From: Candidatus Bathyarchaeia archaeon
GTDB lineage: Archaea > Thermoproteota > Bathyarchaeia > 40CM-2-53-6
Length of the DNA: 64,000 bases
Assembly (NCBI GenBank): GCA_049517415.1
Contig: JBEKSC010000006.1
Span: forward strand, 33,018-97,017
Direction: 5' to 3'
This document shows positions 58,078 to 64,000 of this stretch, piece by piece. Made by a program: the position numbers and the translations under genes. The notes beneath the pieces were generated by a model. The model was not told the origin of the DNA, made no database searches, and saw nothing but the letters and a program-made list of their open reading frames with translations. Within the stretch, counting starts at the first letter, position 1, and the number at the start of each line of letters is the position of its first letter.

Positions 58078-58480
58078 GGCCTGGTCCGGGGCTCGCCAAG
58101 AAGTCTATAACCGATTGTGGATCCGACGAGTCTATCTCAATGGAAACTGATCCATTCGGTGATTCCCCGGTGGGTTCACAGAACGAGACTCTTCCCACGA
58201 ACGCGGCCTGCTTGTTTAGGTAGATCCTAATTCGTTGGCCTTTGGTTCGGCTGAAGAGAACTGACCTCGCGGCAGTCCGTATCCTCTCCTGCCTGATCAG
58301 ATTCCGCAAGGTAGAAAGAAAGGCCAAACCGTCCCCTTGAATCTTGAGAACGACCTCGTTCCCTTGCCTGCTGATCTTGTGAATAGGTTCCGATGGAAAC
58401 AGGTTTTGAAGTGCGCGTTCAACTTTGGACTCATCTTCGGTCGGGTTAACTACGGACTCGGCAGTGATCTTTGCGTCCAT
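58043..58480 (-). CDS. DUF54/UPF0201 RNA-binding protein
   Basis: VNPTED..KV..AL.NLFP, IR.AARS and LNKQAA motifs. Confidence 0.88.
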   Translation of the reverse strand: MDAKITAESVVNPTEDESKVERALQNLFPSEPIHKISRQGNEVVLKIQGDGLAFLSTLRNLIRQERIRTAARSVLFSRTKGQRIRIYLNKQAAFVGRVSFCEPTGESPNGSVSIEIDSSDPQSVIDFLASPGPGLSQEYVGRRRR

Positions 58481-59031
58481 TACGTTTTCAACTTATTGAG
58501 AATATCTTTAACCGCCGATTGCAGTTCGGTAATCGTATTTTCATTGACGGCCAGATAATCAGCCAGAGCAATGACCTGTCCTAACCCCACCGTCAGTTCC
58601 CGATTATCACGCTCGGAGAATGTATCCAATGTCTTAGGATCATCGCTCCTTCGCCGGGACAGGAGCCGATTAAAACGCGTCTTGGGTGAAGCGTGAATTG
58701 CTAAGGTCATTACTTCAAACTTCGATTTGAGTTCGGTAAGCTCGGGGAGGCTTCTAATCCCCTCTACGATGACTTCGTTGGACTGGCATTGTTCAATCTT
58801 AGGGAGTAGCCTTTTGGCTACTGCCGCAGGTCCCTCGATTTCTCTAACCTGCAACATAACAGCGCCGATGTTTTGGGGGGTTGGGTCTAGCCCCCTGCGC
58901 TCAGTCTCTTCTCTGATTACGTCGCCCAGAACCAGCACGTCGAACCCAAGTTGCTTCGCCGCTGCTGATGCCACACCCTTTCCAGCGCCCGGCATGCCGG
59001 AAATTGCGATGACTTTCTTTCTTAGCTGCAT
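58480..59031 (-). CDS. UPF0200 P-loop kinase (archaeal dephospho-CoA kinase-like)
   Basis: GMPGAGKG, GDVIRE, EGIRS and RSDD..F.ERD..EL motifs. Confidence 0.85.
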   Translation of the reverse strand: MQLRKKVIAISGMPGAGKGVASAAAKQLGFDVLVLGDVIREETERRGLDPTPQNIGAVMLQVREIEGPAAVAKRLLPKIEQCQSNEVIVEGIRSLPELTELKSKFEVMTLAIHASPKTRFNRLLSRRRSDDPKTLDTFSERDNRELTVGLGQVIALADYLAVNENTITELQSAVKDILNKLKT

Positions 59032-59123
59032 TTGCCGGCAAACGTCTCCGAGGTCTTCCCGCTCAATGGCTATGAACCGTTAAATTAACGTCATTCAATA
59101 TTAGGCTTCGCTGACGGAATCAT

Positions 59124-59696
59124 ATGTCGCAGGAACGCATACGGAGCTTCATTGCAGTTGACCTCGATGAGGCTTCAATACGCGAACGAATAGTGACGGT
59201 TCAGAAGGGTTTGGAACAGACACACGCACAACTGAAAATCGTGGAGCCAGAAATAATGCATCTGACCCTCCGCTTTCTAGGAGAGGTTCCACATACAACG
59301 ATTGGGAAAGTTGAGGAGGCAATGGATTCTGTGCGCTTTCCGCCGTTCGAAGCAGAGTTCACCGGCCTCGGAGTGTTCCCAAACCCAAGGCGAATCAACG
59401 TGGTCTGGGTAGGGATCAAACAAGGGCAAGAACAATTGAACGGTATTTTCCAGCAGCTTGAACCGAGGCTTAGGCAAATTGGCTTGCCACCCGACGACAA
59501 GGGTTTCAGCCCTCACATGACAATTGCCCGCGTCAAATCCGCTATGAACAGAGATGCCTTGGCGCAATATGTTGAGGGTAAGCGTAACGAAGAGTTCGGG
59601 AAGATGGCGGTAAAAGCTGTGCGATTAAAGAAGAGTACGTTGACCCCTAGAGGGCCGATATACACAACAATCCATGAAGTATCGGCTTCGCCCTAA
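59124..59696 (+). CDS. thpR: RNA 2',3'-cyclic phosphodiesterase (2H family)
   Basis: HLTLRFLGE and PHMTIAR (two HxT motifs). Confidence 0.93.
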   Translation: MSQERIRSFIAVDLDEASIRERIVTVQKGLEQTHAQLKIVEPEIMHLTLRFLGEVPHTTIGKVEEAMDSVRFPPFEAEFTGLGVFPNPRRINVVWVGIKQGQEQLNGIFQQLEPRLRQIGLPPDDKGFSPHMTIARVKSAMNRDALAQYVEGKRNEEFGKMAVKAVRLKKSTLTPRGPIYTTIHEVSASP

Positions 59697-59713
59697 CGGA
59701 CCAAGTGTAGGTC

Positions 59714-61144
59714 TTGGACAAGTTCGGAAAGGTTTGTGATGCCGTTAAGAATAAGATTTCTCCTTCACTCAAATTGAAAGACGCGGTTGAGACAAAGGCC
59801 GAGGAGATTAGGCGGGCTGTCGAGCGAGAGTGCGTCAAGGCGAATCTCGAAGCTGAAGTCCGCGTGGACGGCTCCGTCGCGAAGGACACTTGGATACGGG
59901 ATTATGCTGACGTCGACATTTTCATGAGAGTTAGCCCACAGTTAACCAAGACGCAACTTCGAGACGTGTGCTTGCCAATCGCACGCAAGGCACTTCTTCC
60001 TCACACAATCGTTGAGAGGTATGCGGAGCACCCGTACGTAGAGTCAGTAGTAGAATTGGGAAAGGAGGGTGAGCTACGTGTCAACGTTGTCCCATCCTAC
60101 AAAGTCGAGAAAGGCAAGTGGCTAAGCGCCACAGACAGGAGCCCCTACCACACCGAGTACATTCGTCAACACCTCTCTAAGGAGCAGCACGACGAAGTTC
60201 GCTTGCTGAAGGCCTTCATGAGGGGGATAGGGAGCTATGGAGCAGACATCAAAACTGGCGGCTTCAGCGGCATGCTCTGCGAGACGCTCATAGCTTCGCG
60301 CAGAGATTTCAGGCGTGTTGTTCAAGATTTCAGGGTGTGGCACGAGGACGAAGTCATTGACATTGAGAACTATTACGAGGGGAGGCGTGAAGAAGCACGC
60401 CGCATTTTCCGAGAACCATTGATCGTCATCGATCCAGTGGACAAAGGCCGCAATTTAGCCGCCGCGGTCCGAGAGAACCAGCTCTCCAATTTTGTTGCCG
60501 CATGCAGGAAGCTGACCTGGAAACCCTCAACTGCTCTCTTCTCTCAACCAAAAGTCAAGGCGTTGACGCCCGATAATTACCGAAAACTCATTCGAGCTCG
60601 TGGGTCGACGATCATCTGCCTAGTCGTGGGAAGAATAGATGCAGTTGTCGACATTTTGTGGAGCCAACTGTACCGCACGCAGAGAGCCCTCGTCAACCTT
60701 CTGGAGAACAACGACTTCAAAGTCGTCCGATCATGGGCTTGGAGTGATGAAAAATCATTGAACATAATTCTATTCGAACTGGAGCAAGGATTGTTGCCTC
60801 GCCCAAGACGCCACGATGGCCCTCCAGTTTACAGGTTTGAAGAAAGCACTTCGTTTCTATCAAAACACGTGCCGAACCCAAGTACTATCTCCGGCCCTTG
60901 GATTGAGAATGGACATTGGGTTGTAGAAAAAAGGAGGCCAGTTGTTTCCGCAAATGCCTTGCTCAAATCAGTCCTTCGTTCTGGGGGAGAAGACGTGGGC
61001 GTTGCTTCTCTGCTTGCCGAGTCCCTTAGGAAGAAGTTACAAATTCTTGAAAATGAAAGGATTGGAAGACTGATCGCCTCGAATGCGGAGTTTGCCAAGG
61101 CTATGAGAACTTACCTTTCAGGAAGGCCAGCTTGGTTTGCATGA
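59714..61144 (+). CDS. cca: Archaeal class I CCA-adding enzyme
   Basis: GSVAKDTW..DVDIF, YAEHPYV, DRSPYHT and DPVD..RN motifs. Confidence 0.95.
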   Translation: MDKFGKVCDAVKNKISPSLKLKDAVETKAEEIRRAVERECVKANLEAEVRVDGSVAKDTWIRDYADVDIFMRVSPQLTKTQLRDVCLPIARKALLPHTIVERYAEHPYVESVVELGKEGELRVNVVPSYKVEKGKWLSATDRSPYHTEYIRQHLSKEQHDEVRLLKAFMRGIGSYGADIKTGGFSGMLCETLIASRRDFRRVVQDFRVWHEDEVIDIENYYEGRREEARRIFREPLIVIDPVDKGRNLAAAVRENQLSNFVAACRKLTWKPSTALFSQPKVKALTPDNYRKLIRARGSTIICLVVGRIDAVVDILWSQLYRTQRALVNLLENNDFKVVRSWAWSDEKSLNIILFELEQGLLPRPRRHDGPPVYRFEESTSFLSKHVPNPSTISGPWIENGHWVVEKRRPVVSANALLKSVLRSGGEDVGVASLLAESLRKKLQILENERIGRLIASNAEFAKAMRTYLSGRPAWFA

Positions 61145-61895
61145 AGACGAAATACTCCTCGATGGGCTTCTGCGGTCCCGTTACTCACAGATACTCACCT
61201 ATCCTGGTACGGATCTCAATGAAGCGAAGGCAAGGATAAACCAGCTCTCAGAGATTGGTGTTTCCGCTCTTCGTTTCCGAGGAGTCACCCAAATAGCTGG
61301 TATTCCTGTTCTTGGGAAAGGTTGCGTTGGCGTGGTGACGCAGGCTCGTCTTGAAGGGGAAATTGTTGCCTTGAAGATCCGGCGTCTAGACGCCGACCGG
61401 CCGTCGATGAACGACGAGGCTAGGTTGTTGCGATTGGCGAATAGCGTTGACGTTGGGCCGCGTTTGATTTCTGCAACAAAGAATTTTCTCGCAATGGAAC
61501 TTTTCCGAGGCATTCCACTCTTCCGATGGGCAGAGCGCTCAAAGGGGGGCAGAAGAGTGGTGAGGGAACTGGTCACACGCCTCCTTACATGTTGCTTCAT
61601 GCTTGACTCGATTGGGCTTGACCACGGGGAGTTGAGCCACGCACCCAGGAATGTTCTAGTTAATAGATTTGGCCAACCCTGCATTGTTGATTTCGAGAGC
61701 GCCAGCACGGCAAGGCGTGTCGCAAACGTCACATCGCTACTTCAATACTTCCTATTTGGAAGAGTATCGAAGACGCTTCACGCCTCACAAATCTTCCCTG
61801 ACAGAAGGAACATCGTGAAGGCCTTAAGCGAATACAAGCACAATGGTTCGGTTGAAAATTTCCAGGGGGTCCTGGGCGCGCTTGGCTTGTTATGA
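61137..61895 (+). CDS. RIO/Bud32-like Ser/Thr kinase
   Basis: LGKG..GVV, ALKIRR, HGELS..NV and IVDFE motifs. Confidence 0.85.
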   Translation: MHEDEILLDGLLRSRYSQILTYPGTDLNEAKARINQLSEIGVSALRFRGVTQIAGIPVLGKGCVGVVTQARLEGEIVALKIRRLDADRPSMNDEARLLRLANSVDVGPRLISATKNFLAMELFRGIPLFRWAERSKGGRRVVRELVTRLLTCCFMLDSIGLDHGELSHAPRNVLVNRFGQPCIVDFESASTARRVANVTSLLQYFLFGRVSKTLHASQIFPDRRNIVKALSEYKHNGSVENFQGVLGALGLL

Positions 61896-61934
61896 AAGGT
61901 TCTTATGAGCGCGCATTTCTTTTCTGGCCCGAAC

Positions 61935-62114
61935 GGGGCCGTCGTCTAGAAGAGATTGCTCGTCAACTCTCTGGACAGCTTGGTCTGGGAACACGATTCC
62001 GCCAACAGGATACCAGAGCGCAGTCGCGCGCGGTGAACCTGGGGCGCTGGCGTCCCTAAGAAAGAAAGGTCTCAGGGCCAGAGGTCGTGGGTTCAAATCC
62101 CACCGGCCCCACCA
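61935..62114 (+). tRNA. tRNA-Pro(GGG) with four BHB introns (61950-61978, 61987-62006, 62017-62037, 62053-62083); CCA encoded
   Basis: Joined exons give a 79-nt cloverleaf GGGGCCGTCGTCTAG|CTTGGTCT|AGGATACCAG|CCTGGGGCGCTGGCG|GTCGTGGGTTCAAATCCCACCGGCCCCACCA. Confidence 0.9.
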
Positions 62115-62226
62115 TTGTTGTTCAGCGAATTTACTGACGCGCGCATACATTCCCCGGGATGCCATAGAAGTAACAGGGTTGCAAAAGTATAAAGATTCAT
62201 GATCGCAAACCGGGAGTTGAATTGGT

Positions 62227-63171
62227 ATGTTCCTCTCAGAAGTTGAGAAAGTCGAATTTACGAGCATTGTGGATAACACAGTTGACATTCTCTTACCGAG
62301 TTCGGAAATTGCGGTAAGGCCTAGGCTATCTCTTGGCTGGCATGCCAAACCGCAGTTAATCGCTGAACATGGTTTCTCCACCTTGGTGGTTGTGGAAGTC
62401 GGAGGAAAAACGAGAACAATTCTCTTCGACACCGGCCTGGATCCTATGACCGCGGTTCATAATGCAGAGGCCTTGGGAATCGATCTGTCAGCTTGTGAGG
62501 GGCTTGTTCTGAGCCACGGACACAACGATCACGCGGCAGGTCTTCTAAACATGAAAAGAAAACTCGGTAGCCGGAAGCTTCCGCTCATGCTGCATTCTCA
62601 TGCGTTCAGAAAGAGAATGGTGGTCTTGAATGATGGCAGTACTTGGGACTTGCCCCCTCCGGAAAGGACGACGGTTGAGGCGGCTGGCTATCAAATCGTG
62701 GAGAAGAATGATTCGTCATTTCTTCTTGATGGAGCGGCTCTCCTTTCGGGTCAAATTGAGAGGACAACCGATTTCGAGAAAGGCTTGCCCGTGCACTACG
62801 CGGAGGTCGAGGGAAAGCTGGAGAAGGATCCTCTAATCCTCGACGATCAAGCTCTTATCATGAATCTGAAAGGTAAAGGGCTCATCGTTCTTACAGGGTG
62901 CGGCCATGCAGGCTTAATCAACACGATACATCATGCTCAAGCAGTCACAGGGATCAGTGAAGTCTTCGCAGTTATGGGAGGTATGCATCTTACAGGAGGT
63001 CTCTTCGAGCCGATAATTCCGAGAACCATATCAGAGCTAAAGAGCATTAATCCATCCGTAGCTATACCCTGCCATTGTACTGGTTGGAAAGCCGTCCATG
63101 AAGTAGCACGCCATCTTCCTGATGCATTCATACAGAACAGTGTTGGGACGAAGTACGTATTCTCCGCGTAA
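62227..63171 (+). CDS. MBL-fold metallo-hydrolase
   Basis: AEHGFS, FDTG, SHGHNDH, GCGHAG, GGMHL and PCHCTG motifs. Confidence 0.9.
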   Translation: MFLSEVEKVEFTSIVDNTVDILLPSSEIAVRPRLSLGWHAKPQLIAEHGFSTLVVVEVGGKTRTILFDTGLDPMTAVHNAEALGIDLSACEGLVLSHGHNDHAAGLLNMKRKLGSRKLPLMLHSHAFRKRMVVLNDGSTWDLPPPERTTVEAAGYQIVEKNDSSFLLDGAALLSGQIERTTDFEKGLPVHYAEVEGKLEKDPLILDDQALIMNLKGKGLIVLTGCGHAGLINTIHHAQAVTGISEVFAVMGGMHLTGGLFEPIIPRTISELKSINPSVAIPCHCTGWKAVHEVARHLPDAFIQNSVGTKYVFSA

Positions 63172-63225
63172 TCTATGACCTGCTGACTAACATCAAATCG
63201 ATTTCCTATGAAGTACGGGGGCTGA

Positions 63226-63555
63226 TTACTCGGCACTTGTCAGGTTTCCTTCTTTGGTGCCGTATTTTTGTTTGAAGTTGTGTATCGCTAGGCGGATTAG
63301 GTCGGTTCTGTGTACGCCGTAGGTCTTTGCGTACTCGTTTAACTTGCCTACATTATCAGGGCTCATGGCGAGGTTGATTTTTCGTTTCTTGCACATCTGG
63401 CAATCCCGTTCTTTAGGTGAGTGGAGGAATTCGTCTATTGCAATGTTCACGAGGCTGCTACGGGGCAACCCATACACTCTAACGAGGCTGTCCAATTCTT
63501 CCAAATCATGCTCACAGAAACGCAAAATAACGCTCACCCGACGCCGCCCACCCAT
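63226..63555 (-). CDS. Tandem ribbon-helix-helix domain protein
   Basis: Two RHH units: VILRF..LD.L....RSSLVNIAIDEFL and INLAM..LNEYA...RTDLIRLAIHNF. Confidence 0.75.
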   Translation of the reverse strand: MGGRRRVSVILRFCEHDLEELDSLVRVYGLPRSSLVNIAIDEFLHSPKERDCQMCKKRKINLAMSPDNVGKLNEYAKTYGVHRTDLIRLAIHNFKQKYGTKEGNLTSAE

Positions 63556-63886
63556 ACCAAGCCCAGCCTTCTAGGCCTATGCTTCGCCAAGTGTATGAAC
63601 ACCCAAGAGGTCCCGCTGGTCCAGCAGAGTGTGTTGTGAAAAAGGCTTCAAGGTAGCGGGACACACGGAAAACCGTGAGCACAAAACTACCGACCCCCCC
63701 ACCACCCGTGACCCAAGCGGGCGCGCAAAAATGCGTCAATTTGGTGGGGCCGAAGCGACTCACCGCGGTTACGAAAAGGGTCCTCCGGTTCCATAGGAGC
63801 TTGGGACGAGTAACATTTTGTGTCCACAATACTACAACCATTTTTGGAACGAAGGTGCCTACTGCCTGAGGGCTTGAACACTGAAA

Positions 63887-64000
63887 TTACACGATTTTCA
63901 GCATGAGGCTACCCTTCGTCGAGGTTCCCCATTTGGGTAGGCCTCTTCCCTGCAAGACGAATATTGTGCCCTTACGTGTTCTAGGTGGGATGCGAAGAAG
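63887..64000 (-). CDS. 3' end of a DnaJ C-terminal domain protein (truncated by the window edge)
   Basis: LLRIPPRTRKGTIFVLQGRGLPKWGTSTKGSLMLKIV* matches the IPPGT..G..F.L.G.G.P....G.L DnaJ_C pattern. Confidence 0.7.
   Translation of the reverse strand, partial: LLRIPPRTRKGTIFVLQGRGLPKWGTSTKGSLMLKIV

Noticed and set aside
61890..62432. 180-aa minus-strand ORF
   Set aside because: Shadow ORF: it is antisense to tRNA-Pro (WWGRWDLNPRP is a typical antisense tRNA translation) and to the MBL gene.
63600..63880. Possible structured ncRNA
   Set aside because: GC-rich patches are present but no recognisable SRP, RNase P, rRNA or tRNA motifs.

Overview
Archaeal chromosomal window, most likely from a TACK-superphylum lineage such as Bathyarchaeia (inferred from TBP, eL38, archaeal CCA enzyme, tetraether synthase and BHB-intron tRNAs). 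Most of it is housekeeping: pheA, guaA, divergent ppsA/ppdK, ggt, mdh, larB/larE, Tes plus geranylgeranyl reductase, a tRNA-processing cluster, and paralogous beta-propeller surface proteins. Four features are not visible in the ORF track. (1) A tRNA-Pro(GGG) gene is split by four non-canonical BHB introns (61935-62114). (2) A free-standing HTH-LAGLIDADG gene lies between an intron-containing tRNA-Val(GAC) and a second, compensatorily recoded tRNA 3' end. (3) A 4.6-kb cargo-carrying IS6-family transposon has perfect 12-bp TIRs and an 8-bp TSD, abuts another IS end, and sits at the tbp promoter. (4) An RHH-nucleotidyltransferase fusion faces two unannotated paralogous CPxCG zinc-finger microproteins that share a duplicated operator/promoter. 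No CRISPR array or rRNA was seen. All calls are by eye, with no database searches.
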